Part shown: piece after piece, positions 1-13,247 of the stretch
Layout of the letters: each line of letters starts with the position of its first letter
Position numbering within the stretch: the first letter of the stretch is position 1
Source: Octopus sinensis
Taxonomy: Eukaryota
Reading direction: 5' to 3'
Assembly (NCBI RefSeq): GCF_006345805.1
Contig: NC_042997.1
Span: 183,520,001 to 183,584,000, forward strand
Length of the DNA stretch: 64,000 nt
Translations under genes and position numbers: made by a program
The notes under the pieces: model-generated
Seen by the model: only the letters and a program-made list of their open reading frames with translations
What the model was told of the DNA's origin: nothing
Databases searched by the model: none

Positions 1-870
1 ATCTCATTCCAGCATTCATACACACTAATACTACACATCCAACAGAGCATGCTCACCTCATCTTTTTTTTAGCCTACAAAGATCCTCTACATTTATTATC
101 CATGTTTTGATTCTATGCAACATTTTCCATCTGATTCTTACATTGGCTGCTATGCTTTCAAAGTACCTACCTATTTCTTTACTACCCACAAGGGGCTAAA
201 CACAGAGAGGACAAACAAGGACAGACAAACGGATTAAGTCGATTATATCAACCCCAGTGCATAACTGGTACTTATTTAATCGACCCTGAAAGGATGAAAG
301 GCAAAGTCAACCTCGGCAGAATTTGAACTCAGAACTTAAGGGCAGATGAAATACCTATTTCTTTACTACCCACAAGAGGCTAAACACAGAGAGGACAAAT
401 AAGAACAGACAAACAGATTAAGTCGATTATATTGAACCCAGTGCATAACTGGCACTTATTTAATCGACCCCAAAAGGATGAAAGGCAAAGTCGACCTCGG
501 CGGAATTTGAACTCAGAATGTAGCAGCAGACGAAATACTGCTAAGCATCTCACCTGGCGTGCTAACGTTTCTGTCAGCTCACCGCCTTTCAAGGTACCTA
601 CCTTCACTGCTACTTAGGTCGTCGAGGTAAGAGAAGCTATGAACTATTTCTATGGAGCCTTCTGACCATTTGTAAGAATATATTTCCTTGAATGCTTTCA
701 CTGTTGACAAGTGTTGTGCATGAAGTCTTTCTTTTTTGTGAGCCTGCCTATTATTTCACTTTTCTTCCTGAGCACCCATGAAGCATACCATATGGAATTT
801 GCATTTGCTCCTTTTTTGCATATTGAGTATGACCATCAACCAGTAGAGTCTTGTTCCCTTTCTTGCTAAA
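1..870 (-). mobile_element. Degenerate RTE-clade LINE fragment, split by the SINE at 173-588
   Basis: Minus-strand remnants GSIEIVHSFSYLDDLSSSEG / ESIAANVRIRW / EDLCRLKKDEVSMLCWMCSISV match the RTE post-RT region; many stops and frameshifts. Confidence 0.7.
173..588 (-). mobile_element. tRNA-like SINE family A (GGCGGCGAGCTGGCAGAA head), internally dimeric, with TSD
   Basis: Head GGCGGTGAGCTGACAGAA at right end; two ~183-bp tandem body units; flanked by CAA(A/G)GTACCTACCT at 159-172 and 590-603. Confidence 0.85.
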
Positions 871-909
871 TCTTTTTTTTTGTTTTGTTTTGCCAAAGTA
901 TATTTTGCC

Positions 910-1137
910 TAGCACCACTTTAGCATTCAGATTATTCTGTCAAATATATGCTTATTTAATCAGATTGTTTCGAATTAATCATGCATTATCTCATAGCTTT
1001 GAGATTTTGATGGTGTGGCTTTGTTTTTAGGATGACATTGTAGGGTAGTTGTAAAAGGCTTGACCAATTCAGTTTGAATGATAAAACAGGTAGAATATTT
1101 TGGCCACACATGACCAGTTTAAATGCTAAAGGATTAA
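910..1137 (+). mobile_element. piggyBac-type MITE, degenerate
   Basis: TTTAGCATT...AATGCTAAAGGATTAA ends; homologous to copies at 19010 and 60887. Confidence 0.65.
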
Positions 1138-1713
1138 GCTTAATATGCACACACTACACCGGTATGGAGATTCTAGGCATTACACACACACATACATACA
1201 TGGGCAAAGTTTTCTATGGTCAAATCCCTTCTTGACAGCAGCAATCCATTTCTGCTTCCAGACAAGATAATAATCTCCCAGTTTATTGAACAAAATGCCC
1301 AGACATGGCTATACAGGAAACTACCCACACATTTCTATTTATATAGACCGCTCGGTTCAGAGTCTCCCTGGACCACAAGTAGCCTGAACTCTTTACACGA
1401 ACACCACCCTGTACATAACTCCATGTCCCCCTACATGGCCTTGCTTTTTGCTTTTTGAGCCAAAAAATTAACTAACTAACTAACATATCATCATCACCAT
1501 TATTTAATGCCCCCTTTCCTTGCTTGCATGGGTCAGACAAAATTTGTTGAGCAGATTTTCTACAGCCAGATGTCCTTCCTGTTGCCAATCTTCACCTGTT
1601 TCCAAGTAAGGTGGTATTCCCCATGACCAGGCATGTTTTCATGGAATATTGGAAATGATGGGCACTGCTTTGTGTGTGTGCGCATGCACATGCATGTGTG
1701 TGTGTGTGATTGT

Positions 1714-1744
<31 letters not shown>

Positions 1745-2124
1745 TGATTGTATATTCTCTCTCATGATATATGTAAGCTGACTTTAAACAGAGTCATTCT
1801 TCATACAAACAGTCTTGCTATTTTATAATGCTTTGTGAAAGCATGTCCAGACCAGGAGAAATATTACCTCGCTTAGAAGCATGTGAAAGCTGGGAATATG
1901 AAGAGCAATAGGCCACAGAAAAGTCTACCTCAAGGAAGGCTCTCTCTCATCTGACCTATGCAAGCATGGAAAAGTGGTTGTTGAAATGAGGATGATATTT
2001 AGCTCAGCACTCTGTATCACTGTTTCGGTTTTCCTGGCATTATAGATTGAAAGATCACAATTCATTATAATAATAATAGTACTATAGTTTTGCCTCATGT
2101 TAGCCTTGACTAACAAGTCCGTTG

Positions 2125-2830
2125 TCATCATCATCATTCATTGTCCTCATCATCATCATCATCATCATCGTTTAATGTCCACTTTCCATGCTAGTATGGG
2201 TTGGACGATTTGACTGAGGTCTGGTGAACCAGATGGCTGCACCATGCTCCAATCTGATCTGGCAGAGTTTCTACAGCTGGATGCCCTTCCTAATGGCAAC
2301 CACTCCGAGAGTATAGTGGGTGCTTTTACGTGCCACCTGCACGAGGGCCAGTCAGGTGGTACTGGCAACGACCTCGCTCAAATGTTTTATGTGCCACCTG
2401 CACAGGAGCCAGTCCAGCGGCACTGGCAACGACCTCGCTCAAATGTTTTTTCATGTGCCACCAGCACAAGTGCTAGTAAGGCGACGCAGGTAACGATCAT
2501 GCTCGAACAGTGTTTTTAACGTGCCATCGGCAAGGAGGCCAGCTTGTTGCTCTGGCCCCGAACTCACTCGTATGGTACTCTTAGTGCTCCACTAGCACGG
2601 ATGCCAGTCATCCAATTTGATTTTGATTTCGGTTAACAACATTTAATGTCTGTTTTCCATGCTGGCATGGGTTGGATGGCTTGACAAGAACTGGCAAGGT
2701 CAGGGTTCACACCATGCTCCGTAGTCTGTTTTGGCTTCGTTTCTACAGCTGGATGTCCTTCTTAATACTAACCACTCTACAGAGTGTAATAGGTACTTTT
2801 TACAAGGTACCATCACCAGTCTATGATCAA
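2125..2830 (-). mobile_element. Two adjacent RTE LINE 3'-end fragments
   Basis: (CAT)n tail followed by CGTTTAATGTCC..CCATGCTAG..GGATGCCCTTCCTAA motif, the reverse complement of the RTE 3' UTR attached to RTE coding sequence at 13244-14052. Confidence 0.8.
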
Positions 2831-3334
2831 AGATATTTCAATTGTAACTATTCTGTCATTTTTTTTTTTATTTTCCAGATATATATTTTAAACAACACTG
2901 TCTGATATGACTTTGTTATTTTAAAGATAGCTGTATGTGATTTGAGGGAGATTTGGCTATTGTTTCTAGTAGATTAGGTGACTGTCAAAAGGTTTTTATT
3001 GGCTCGATAATAAGAGAGTTATGTCATATTTCTATAGGTCTGACTGATAGCGAATTCTGCTCCTTACAGCTCAGCAATTAATAGTAGAATAGGTTATTTC
3101 AATTATATAAATATTTAATTTTGTAAAATACAATGCAGCTGGGAGAAATCATAATATGTTTAGCCTTCATGATCGACTTTTCACTAAATATGTAAAATAA
3201 CATTAAAAAACAAAACTAAAACAAACTAAACATTCCAAAACATGTCTTCTAACTGTTTTGCTAATTCATATAACCAATTGTTACATTCCATCCTTTTAAT
3301 TCTATCTTTATTGTCTTTTTTTATTCTATTTAAA

Positions 3335-3745
3335 TCATCATCATCATCATCGTTTAACGTCTGTTTACTGTGCTAGCATGGGTTGGACGGTTCGACCGGG
3401 GTCTGGGAAGCCAGGAGGTTGCACCAGGCTCCAGTCTGATCTGGCAGTGTTTCTACAGCTGGATGCCCTTCCTAACGCCAACCACTCCATGAGTGTAGTG
3501 GGTGCTTTTTACATGCCACTGGCACAAGTGCCAGGGGAGGCTGGCAGTGGCCATGATCGGTTGTGCTTTTTACGTGTCACCGGCACGGAAGCCAGTCAAG
3601 GCGGCACTGGCATCGGCCACGTTCAAATTGTACTTTTTACGTGCCACCAGCACAGGTATCACAACTACAATTTCCATTTGATATTTATTTTGATGTTGAT
3701 GTACTTGACTCAGTAGGTCTCCTCAAGCACTACCACATGCTCCAC
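3335..3745 (-). mobile_element. RTE LINE 3'-end fragment
   Basis: (CAT)n tail plus family 3' UTR. Confidence 0.85.
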
Positions 3746-4329
3746 TCACACTACACCCATCATAAACTATCTCCCTAAAATCACTCTCTAACATCTTAAC
3801 AAAAATAGATGTATACATTGGATAATGTTGTTCTTAATATATGAAGTCTGAAAAAGAATGAGATGGCCAAGTCTGGACTGTCTTTGATCATAAGTGTGCT
3901 TAATCAGGGTTGATCTTGGGGTGAATATCAACAATGACAACTTATACATACTGTGGTACACAGAGTAACAAAAACAATTAAAATCATATCCAGAAAACAT
4001 ATCCGCAAGACAACATAAATATAATACAATTCCAATTGTGCATCAGAAACCTGAAGAAAACCAAGGGCAACCTCAAACACAACATGTTAAGACATATAAC
4101 ACGAATATAACATAGTATCAAATAATTAAACCAAGACAATAACCCATAGAAGAAAATCTATCTAACATAAACCTTAAAACAAACACTAAAACACTGTGTA
4201 ATAACCAGCAACATCAACAACAACACCTTACTTCATTATTTGTCACAATAACAACCAAAAAATGTATATACACTTTAATATGTAGCAAACATCTTAAATG
4301 ACATTTCTGGAAAAAATCTAGTCACAAAA

Positions 4330-4900
4330 ATCTACGCAAAGAAGATAGGAACCTAAAACGAAAAAATGCACTCCTACCTAGGCCATGATTTGACCACTTT
4401 CTTCCTCCTAAGCATTTGGAATGCAATTGGGAAATTTAAAAACTCAAAAGCCCCAGGGTCATGCCAAATCACAAACTACATATAAAATATCTAACATCTA
4501 AAGGAATCATTGTACTCACCAACATTTATGACTACTTGTATCAACAGTCAAAATTCCAAGATTATGGAAACTGGGTAAAATAATCATAGCAATTAACATA
4601 AGTAAAGTAATCAAAGAAATACCTCAAAAATTTTAGGTCATATTCCTTGTCAAATCATAACAGTGAACTACTATGACTTACGAACAGAGAATATATGATG
4701 GCTCCAACAACAGAAAAAAACTACTTTCCACATGCACCATTCTAACTACCATTGACATCAGCAATGCTTTTGCTTCCGTTCCCTGCTACTTATTCACTTA
4801 TACACAAAATATTCAAAACCTTCCAGCAAACTACCTGTCAGGGTGCCAAGCCTATGTAGTGTACAATAACAATACTTCCATAACTTGCAGTTTTCTGAAC
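4330..4900 (+). pseudogene. Degenerate non-LTR reverse transcriptase (Jockey/I/CR1-like)
   Basis: KNSKAPG...LTNIY...IPRLWKLGKII...TIDISNAFASVP...NYLSGCQAYVVYNN correspond to the RT motifs KAPG, WK, D-S-AFD and YLS-R---V; frameshifted. Confidence 0.75.
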
Positions 4901-5629
4901 AGAGTAGCAGAGGATGTTTTCAATAGGAGGAGCTGAGCTTAGAGCTAGCTGACAATACACAGTTATTATACCAGGAACATTGTTGTATTCAGATCGGTGC
5001 AAAACTTCCTAGCTGAATTACTAGTTCCATTATGTGCAGTCAATTTAATTTTATGAATCTTCAATAGCATGGATTTTTGTCAGTGAACAGGTCGCAGTCT
5101 TAAAGCGACGAAAATATTTTGACAAATTAAACTTAAATGTTGAAGTGAACCGAACAGCTTTTGTGTGTTTCTTAAATGGCTTACAAACACCTTCCACGCT
5201 GCAATTGCTTTCGTTTCAGCACATGATCTCAGATCAAATCACTTGCTATGCAAGTACATCTCCGCAATCTGGTCCTTTCCTAAGTATTTACTCTTCATTT
5301 AATGCAGACTAATAGACTCTAATTTCATTTGATATATGTTTAGTTATTTCTAATTTTGTTATATCACTCCCAAGAAATATCTTTTTCATATTTCTCAAGC
5401 CTGATTTCTCATTTTCATTATCAACCAGAATTACTTTGGAGATTATGCAGTTTTAAGTAGCCAATGCTGTGAGAAACTTTCCATTCAGAGAGGCATGCAG
5501 TGTTGATTTTTCTCAAGATAATAATAATATTTGAATGTGAAAGAAAAATGATATAGTATTTCAGATTGTGAAATGGAAAGTGGACGTTAAACGATGATGC
5601 TGATGATGATGATGATGATGATATGTATA

Positions 5630-5972
5630 CTCTTTTATTCTTTTACTTGTTTCAGTCATTTGACTGTGGCCATGCTGAAGCGCTGTCTTTAGTCGAACAA
5701 ATCGACCCCAGGACTTATTCTTTGTAAGCCTAGTACTTATTCTATTGGTCCCTTTTGCCAAACTGCTAAGTTATGGAGATAACACCAACATCAGTTGTCA
5801 AGTTATGGTGGGGGAACAAACACAGACACACAAATACATACATACATACACACACACACACATATATGATGGGCTTCTTTCAGTTTCCATCATAAAGCTT
5901 TGGTTGGCCTGAGGCTATAGTAGAAGACACTTGCCAAAGGTGCCACGCAGTGGGACTGAACCCGGAACCATG
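5630..5972 (-). mobile_element. SINE family B (CORE-like, GTGGCTGTGTGGTAAG head)
   Basis: Reverse complement of GGCACCTTGGGCAAGTGTCTTCTACTATAGCCTC core and ...GAAACAAGTAAAAGA tail. Confidence 0.8.
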
Positions 5973-5989
5973 TATATATGTATATATCT

Positions 5990-6454
5990 ATGTGTGTGTG
6001 TGTCTGTGTTTGTACCCCATCACCACTTGATGACTGGTGTTAGTGTGTTTACATCCCTGTAACTTAGTGGTTTGGCAAAAGAGATCGATAGACTAAGTAC
6101 TATGCTTTAAAAAAAATAAGTCCTGGGGTCTATTTGTTCAACTAAAACCCTTCATGACAGTGCTCCAGCATGACCACAGTGAAATGACTGAAACAAGTAA
6201 GAGAAAAATAAAACATGTTTCAATAAATTGTTTGTACAAGATGGTGAGCTAGCAAAAACGTTAGCACACTGGGTGAAATGCTTAGCAGTATTTCATCTGT
6301 CTTTATGTTCTGAGTTCAAATTCCACCGAGGTCGACTTTGCCTTTCATACTTTCAGGGTCTATAAATTAAGTACCAGTTGTGTACTGGGGTCAATCTAAT
6401 CAACTGGTTCCCTCTCCCAAAATTTCAGGCCTTGTGCCAAGAGTAGAAAAGAAT
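5990..6454 (+). mobile_element. Family B SINE 3' half followed by a family A SINE (6239-6454)
   Basis: Direct match to other copies in the window. Confidence 0.75.
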
Positions 6455-7103
6455 AAATTGTTTGTACATATTTTCACATGTATTTTTTTTTTATTTACCA
6501 TTTCAGTATTGGCTTTAATGGGTTTTAAAATTTTCATACCTTTAAATACGTTTGCTGAGAGTGACATAAAGTTGGAAAATCAGCTGAACTTGAGGTTTAT
6601 TTTTCCCATTAATTCCCCATTAATTTTTCCCATTAAAATGATGCAAAATTGAAAAATGACATCACTGAAAAGGGCATAAATTGAGGTATGCCTATATTTT
6701 GTGTATATTTCTATCAGTTGACAATTTAAATCTGACAAAAATGGGAACAAAAAGAAACTTTTTCAAATTCAGCAATGAATTTTATATAAGCTTTACTTTT
6801 CAGGATCTTTTAGCACTTCAAACTGAGAAACCTATGCTTTTTATCCAACTTTTTGTATTTTCTCCAAAAGATTTGATGACTACAATTAAAAATCAGCAGA
6901 ACATCTTCCAATAAAATAATTTGCTAGGCAAATAGGAAAACTAATACAAACATACAAAAGAAAAATAAACAATGTCTGATCGATACAAAAGGATTGATTG
7001 ATGTTTTTCTTTGTCAAAAGGTTTAGCTTTCTGCTTTGCTTCCTTGGAATTGCCAACGTCTTTGTTACTTCTGTGTACTGAACAAAGAACTATTTTTCTG
7101 AGA

Positions 7104-7123
7104 ATTAAGAATACTTAGAACAA

Positions 7124-7161
<38 letters not shown>

Positions 7162-7199
7162 TGTGTGCATGTGTGTTTGCATGTGTGTGTGTGTGTGTG

Positions 7200-7242
<43 letters not shown>

Positions 7243-7245
7243 ACA
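7104..7245. repeat. (GT)n microsatellite
   Basis: Seen directly. Confidence 0.95.
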
Positions 7246-7627
7246 TGTACGTGTATACAGTCAGGTGTGTATAGGCATGTTTATGCTCAGAAGACCAAGA
7301 TAATGGAAAAGCATTTATTTTACAGCAACTGTAGGTAACTATTTATCCGAACAGAAGAATGTCAACCTTCTTTTTCTGAAAAGAAGACTTGAAAACAAGA
7401 ATACATGTCTTTCAGAGAAATTATCTATCATCTCAACCGTCTAACAAATTAACTGGATAACTATATACAAATATATACATACACACATACATGTATATAT
7501 AAACATATGTATATGTATGTATAATGCAAAGAAGGGTAGCATATTGCCCAGCATCTATACCAATTGTGAATTTATTGTATTTATGGTATCGTTATTATTA
7601 ATATTAATAGCTATATTCATAATGTAT

Positions 7628-8032
7628 CTCTTTTACTCTTTTACTTATTTCAGTCATTTGACTGCGGCCATGCTGGAGCACCGCCTTTAGTCGAGCAAAT
7701 CGACCCCGGGACTTATTCTTTGTAAGCCTAGTATCTATTCTATCGGTCCCTTTTGCTGAACCGCTAAGTGACGGGGACATAAACACACCGGCATTGGTTG
7801 TCAAGCAATGCTAGGGGGACAAACACAGACACACAAACATACACACACACATATATATATACATATATACGACAGGCTTCTTTCAGTTTTCATCTACCAA
7901 ATCCACTCACAAGGCTTTGGTCGGCCCAAGGCTATAGTAGAAGACACTTGCCCAAGATGCCACGCAGTGGGATTGAACCCAGAACCATATGGTTGGTAAG
8001 CAAGCTACTTACCACACAGCTACTCCTGCACT
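7628..8032 (-). mobile_element. SINE family B, full length
   Basis: Tail CTCTTTTACTCTTTTAC through head ...TACCACACAGC. Confidence 0.85.
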
Positions 8033-8071
8033 CCTATAGATATTTTATTTTAAATGAAGCATACACATGTG

Positions 8072-8362
8072 CAGGTGTGGCTGCATGGTAAGAAGCTTGC
8101 TTCCCAACCACATGGTTCCAGGTTCAGTCCCACTGTGTGGCACCTTAGGCAAGAGCTTTCTATTTAGTCTAAGGGACAACCAAAGCCTTGTGAGTGGATA
8201 TGAAGCTTGTCATGTATATATATCAAATTCCGCTGAGGTCGACTTTGTCTTTCATCCTTTTGGGGGTTGATAAATTAAGTACCAGTTGCATACCAGGGTC
8301 AACCTAATTGACTGGCCCCCTCCCCTAAAATTTCAGGCCTTGTGGCTAGAGTACAAAAGAAT
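8072..8362 (+). mobile_element. Family B SINE head joined to family A SINE 3' part
   Basis: GTGTGGCTGCATGGTAAG head and core, then TCAAATTCCGCTGAGGTCGAC body. Confidence 0.7.
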
Positions 8363-8742
8363 ATTAGCAGCAATTTGCTGCTAATACTGAGAAAGTGTGT
8401 CAACTGGTTTGTGTAACAATATGAATCAGCTTGCACAAGAGTGCTAATTGGTTTGTGAAACACGTGTATATGACATAAAGCTTAAAAATACCAATGGTGT
8501 TTCCTACATTTTTATTACTGTATAACATGTATAACTAGCCTATCCAGTGATATGATGGCTATTTTCAAACTATGTAAAGTACAGGATTGGAATTTGGAAT
8601 ATGGAACTGCCTACAGAACCCAACCCTTTTAGTAACAAGTCAAGCCTTCAAGCATGACATATTACTCTAATACACACACATACATTTATAGATATGTACT
8701 TGTGTGTGTGAGTATATGTGTGTGTGTGAGTATATGTGTGTA

Positions 8743-8780
<38 letters not shown>

Positions 8781-10042
8781 CATACACAAGCAAACAAATA
8801 TAATTTCTTGACACGTTGTTAATGTGGTTGGTAATATGGTTTCCAAAGAAGAAATTTTTTTCAATGATATCGCTCCAAAAATCCTATAATCAACTCAATG
8901 TATCCTGTATAGGATCAAAATACTTATTGCAAGAACGTGTTTAGGGTATGGAAGTTGCACTTCCCTTTAGAGTTTCTGGACACCTGATGGCATGTAATAT
9001 CAGCTTTCACTGATTGAATGATCAACTAGTCTAATGGGATTAAGATGGGAATCATATATGATTGTTAATGTTCTGCAAGCTAGGAGCTGAATGAGAAAGA
9101 TTCTTTTATATAATTTTTAATACTGAGTGTTATGCATTTGCTTTTTTTAAATGTTAGGTGTTTTTTAAATGTTAGGACAATTTTATATTTTGTTTGTATG
9201 AGAAGCAGTGTTCTCCGAATGGTAATGAAGGAAAAGACGGGGAAGATGAGAAAGAAAACAAGAAGTGAAGAACAGAATTAGAAAAAGAACAGAAAGCATT
9301 TGAAGGGAGAAATGGAAATAGAAAGGGATTGATAAATAAATTAATATGATGAATGTGTGTGTGAGTGTGTGCATGTATGTGTGTACACATACACACATAT
9401 ACACACAAAGATATTTATACATAAGCATATACATTAATACATGCATACATACATATATATATATTTACACACACACACACACACACACAGAAATATGCAC
9501 ATACACAAATAGCTGCAAACATGGCTTTGTTATAAAGTCCACTTCAGTACTACATGGTCAAATGTTTGTTCCCAATGTGTGAATGCTGTTGGGCGGTGTC
9601 CTCTATTAAAGCTGTAGGCTGACCAATAGCTTATGAAAGAAAATGACAGACAGAAACTAAAGAAGCCTATTGTTTATATCTACATATAAGTATGTGTGTG
9701 TGCAAGTTTGAGTGAGTGAGTTTGTATTTAGTCCTATCTTCAAGACTGTTCACCGATTGTAGACAAAAGGCTCATACAAACATTGTCATTTGTACTCAGC
9801 TCTCTACATAACTACTTCTAGATTGTTTGTTGTTCATTAGACTGGGAGATTTTTACCTTGCTTGAAAATATATAAGAGTTGACATAAGGAAGGGCATCTG
9901 GTTACAGGAAACTTTGCTCCAATGTAGCCATATCTGATCCATACATATGCCCACCCTCTGTGAGTCTCTGCACTGACTTCTATTCAGTTTCTTGTACCTT
10001 GAAGCCATGCTTTAATACCTTGTCATTCCGACCCACTTTTAT

Positions 10043-10150
10043 GCATACATGCATGCATGCATGTATGTATGTATGTATGTATGTATGTATGTATGTATGT
10101 ATGTATGTATGTATGTATGTATGTATGTATGTATGTATGTATGTATGTAT
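10043..10150. repeat. (ATGT)n tetranucleotide microsatellite
   Basis: Seen directly. Confidence 0.95.
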
Positions 10151-10970
10151 GAACGTAGGTATTTACATACGTACATACATCACCCACACAATTTCTTTAC
10201 ACTTTGAGTTCAAATATTCTCTTATCATTTTGAGCTTGGTTAAATATGTACCAGGGTAGATTTGACTACCTTTACAATAAATTTGTGGCCTTGAGTTACT
10301 TTTAGAAATCCTCGTGAATATCATTTTATTTCTTTTTCTTCAAAAGTGTGAAAGCAAAACAGGCTGACTTTGCTTTCAAGCGTCAGTGGATATACTAGAT
10401 TTATCACAAATATCACAAAACAGGCTGCTTAGGTAATCGTTTTAATTCATTCCTTTGTTATATCAATGCTTATTCTTTGAAAAGTTTCACCCATAACCTA
10501 GCTCTATGACTATTCAGTTTCTTTAGTTTGAATTCATTCTATCTACAATAATGGTTAGTCAGTAGAAATACACACAGATTATGAATATCAAGGGGTTTTT
10601 TTAATATCAAATTTTCTTACATGGACAGTCAGAAATATAGGTCAATATTTTATGCTTGGCTGAGTACACTGTAAAGGTGAGTCAATATTCTCAAGCATTA
10701 AGTCATACATTCAAATAAAACAGAAAGTAACCTTTCAATGGTGGCATATAAAACTAAACATATGGTTATGTTCTGTTAAAGACTAGTACCACAACACTAA
10801 ATAAGATTCCATTTACACTTTTTGATTAAACTAAGTTTATATTACTTTCCTTTTGACAAATGATATTAGATAAATGCATTCCCTCATGTCAGATATTAGA
10901 AAAGATTTTGATTTCTATATTTTACTGAAGAAAATGTATTACAGTTTTCCTTTTAAGAATATTGACAAGG

Positions 10971-11014
<44 letters not shown>

Positions 11015-11057
11015 TATGCAATATATATATATGTGTGTGTGTGTGTGTGTATGTGAA

Positions 11058-11500
11058 GGCACATGGCTTAGTGGTTAGGGCATTCGGCTCACGATTGTAA
11101 GGTCGTGTGTTTGATTCCTGGCGACGCGTTGTGTCCTTGAGCAAGACACTTTGTTTCACGTTGCTCCAGTCCACTCAGCTGGCAAAAATGAGTTGTACCT
11201 GTAATTCAAAGGGGGCCAGCCTTTTCACACTCTGTGCCATACTGAATCTCCCCGAGAACTACGTTACGAGTACACATGTTTGTGGATTGCTCAGCCACTT
11301 GTACATTAATTTCACGAGCAGGCTGTTCCAGTGATCATATCAGCTCATATATATATATCTTGTAGGTTATGATGACGAGGGTTCCAGTTGATCTGATCAA
11401 CGGAACAGCCTGCTTATGAAATTAACATGCAAGTGGCTGAGCACTCCACAAACACATGTGTCTTTAATGTAGTTCTCAGGAGATTGAGCATGACACAATG
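11058..11500 (+). mobile_element. SINE family C (GGCACATGGCTTAGTGGTTAGG tRNA-like head, TGTGTCCTTGAGCAAGACAC core) plus an inverted 3' fragment
   Basis: A/B-box-like head and core; 11370-11500 is the reverse complement of the family 3' part. Confidence 0.75.
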
Positions 11501-11639
11501 TGTTGCTGGGCACTGAATTCCTGACTCTACGATCATAAGCCAAATACACTAACTGCTAAGCCACATGCCTTCACCCCACCCACCGCATAATATATATGCA
11601 CATATATACACATAGATACACACACAAGCATATAAGGTA

Positions 11640-11882
11640 TTCAGGAAGGGACACAGCAGGCATTCTGACTGCATCTGCATGACAAAATTCATCCCCATAT
11701 CTTTGAATAGGGCCTTAAATTTAATTCATAGGGTTTTGTGAAACTGCTAGTGACTGTGGTCAATCTTTGGCTGGAGAGAGTTGCTCTTGGAAAGCCATAT
11801 TTATGGCAGCAGGATTTGGCTCCTTGCCACACCTCAGGAATGAATGGTTGTTACAGAATTTCTACAACTTCACCAGTACCAA
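11640..11882 (+). pseudogene. Tc1/mariner (maT/DD37D-like) transposase fragment
   Basis: WLERVALGKPYLWQQDLAPCHTS, homologous to 19360-20202; truncated by the SINE at 11884. Confidence 0.75.
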
Positions 11883-11883
11883 T

Positions 11884-12258
11884 TTCTTATTTCTTTACTA
11901 CCCACAAGGGGCTAAATATAGAAGTGACAAACAAGGACAGATAAAGGGATTAAGTTGATTACATCAACCCCAGTGAATAACGGGTACTTATTTAATCGAT
12001 CCCGAAAGGATGAAAGGCAAAGTCGACCTCGGCGGAATTTGAACTCAGAATGTAACGGCAGACGAAATACCTATTTCTTTACTACCCACAAGGGGCTAAT
12101 ACAGTGAGGACAAACAAGGACAGACAAACGGATTAAGTCGATGTAATCAACCCCAGTGTATAACTGGTACTTATTTAATTGACCCTGAAAGGATGAAAGG
12201 CAAAGTCGACTTTGGCGGAATTTGAACTCAGAATGTAGCAGCAGACGAAATACCTATT
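11884..12258 (-). mobile_element. Headless head-to-tail dimer of the family A SINE body
   Basis: Two ~183-bp units joined at GACGAAATACCT|ATTTCTTTACTACC. Confidence 0.85.
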
Positions 12259-12755
12259 TTCTCTACCTTGTTTTACACCTATGTACTTGCATGTACGTGT
12301 ATATACATGTGTGAGTGTGTGTGTGCATACATGCATGTGTGTTCTAACAAGAGATCTATGTTAAGTATAAAGATTATATTATGGTATTAATACTGATTCC
12401 ATTGTTAATAATTAATTTCTAATAAACCTGCTGGCTATTTGTGACATCAGTTCCTGAAAAGATGCTGATATTCTATATATCATAGCAGCAAGACCTGATT
12501 TGCTTTCATTGACTTGATGCCTCCCACTGTTGATTTCCAGTAGAATGAAATCACATGATATAGGAATTCCGGTGCCCATGACAGATGATTCACATCTGCT
12601 AAGATCTATGTCTGTGTTTTTATGCACCAAGTGCCTATATGAGAGGGGTTCTCAAGACTAATAACATAGTATTCAGTGATCTAGCAAGATATTCATGTTA
12701 ATTTGGATACAAAGATTATATTTTGGGATCAATATTGCTTCTGTTATTAATAATT

Positions 12756-12798
<43 letters not shown>

Positions 12799-12873
12799 AT
12801 AGAAATGGCAAGACAAATGAATGAAAGAGACCTCAATATTATGTAAATAGAGGAATTTTATCTGTAAATATAA

Positions 12874-12964
12874 TATGTGACAATTATTTGGAAGAGATGC
12901 TGGCGTGGGTTTCCACCCCGACATCCGTAACTCAGAGTTTTATCATGGCTACCGAATAATTGTC

Positions 12965-12968
<4 letters not shown>
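12874..12968. repeat. Hairpin element with decayed HHR-like centre
   Basis: TATGTGACAATTATT / AATAATTGTCACATA inverted arms; centre contains AACTCAGAGT as in 13071-13080. Confidence 0.6.
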
Positions 12969-13007
<39 letters not shown>

Positions 13008-13010
<3 letters not shown>

Positions 13011-13190
13011 TTTATTTAAAGCAGCAGAAAATTCAAACTAGCAAAAACTGTCTGATGAACGGCAACGAGAAACTCAGAGTAACAGATTTTGTTGAATTTT
13101 CTGCTGCTTTAAATAAAGCATACTACTCTACCACTGGTATTTGAGTACTCTTTTTTCCACCTTGTTTCACATTTATGTGTTTACTCCGGT
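13008..13190 (+). ncRNA. 185-bp element with minimal type I hammerhead ribozyme motif, copy 1
   Basis: Stem I CTGT(13048-51)/ACAG(13082-85); CTGATGA 13052-58; stem II aCG-GCAA-CGa; GAAA 13069-72; stem III ACTC-A-GAGT; GTA cleavage triplet ending 13081; 27-bp perfect inverted arms extend stem I. Confidence 0.7.
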
Positions 13191-13193
13191 ATA

Positions 13194-13243
<50 letters not shown>

Positions 13244-13247
<4 letters not shown>

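Noticed and set aside
8362-8384. ATTAGCAGCAA-T-TTGCTGCTAAT palindrome
   Set aside because: Short, single-copy, at a SINE edge; no evidence of function
11058-11130. tRNA gene-like sequence (also the heads of the other SINEs)
   Set aside because: Continues into SINE core and tail; no complete cloverleaf
12412-12630. 72-aa minus ORF in unique-looking DNA
   Set aside because: No convincing splice sites or recognisable domain in any frame
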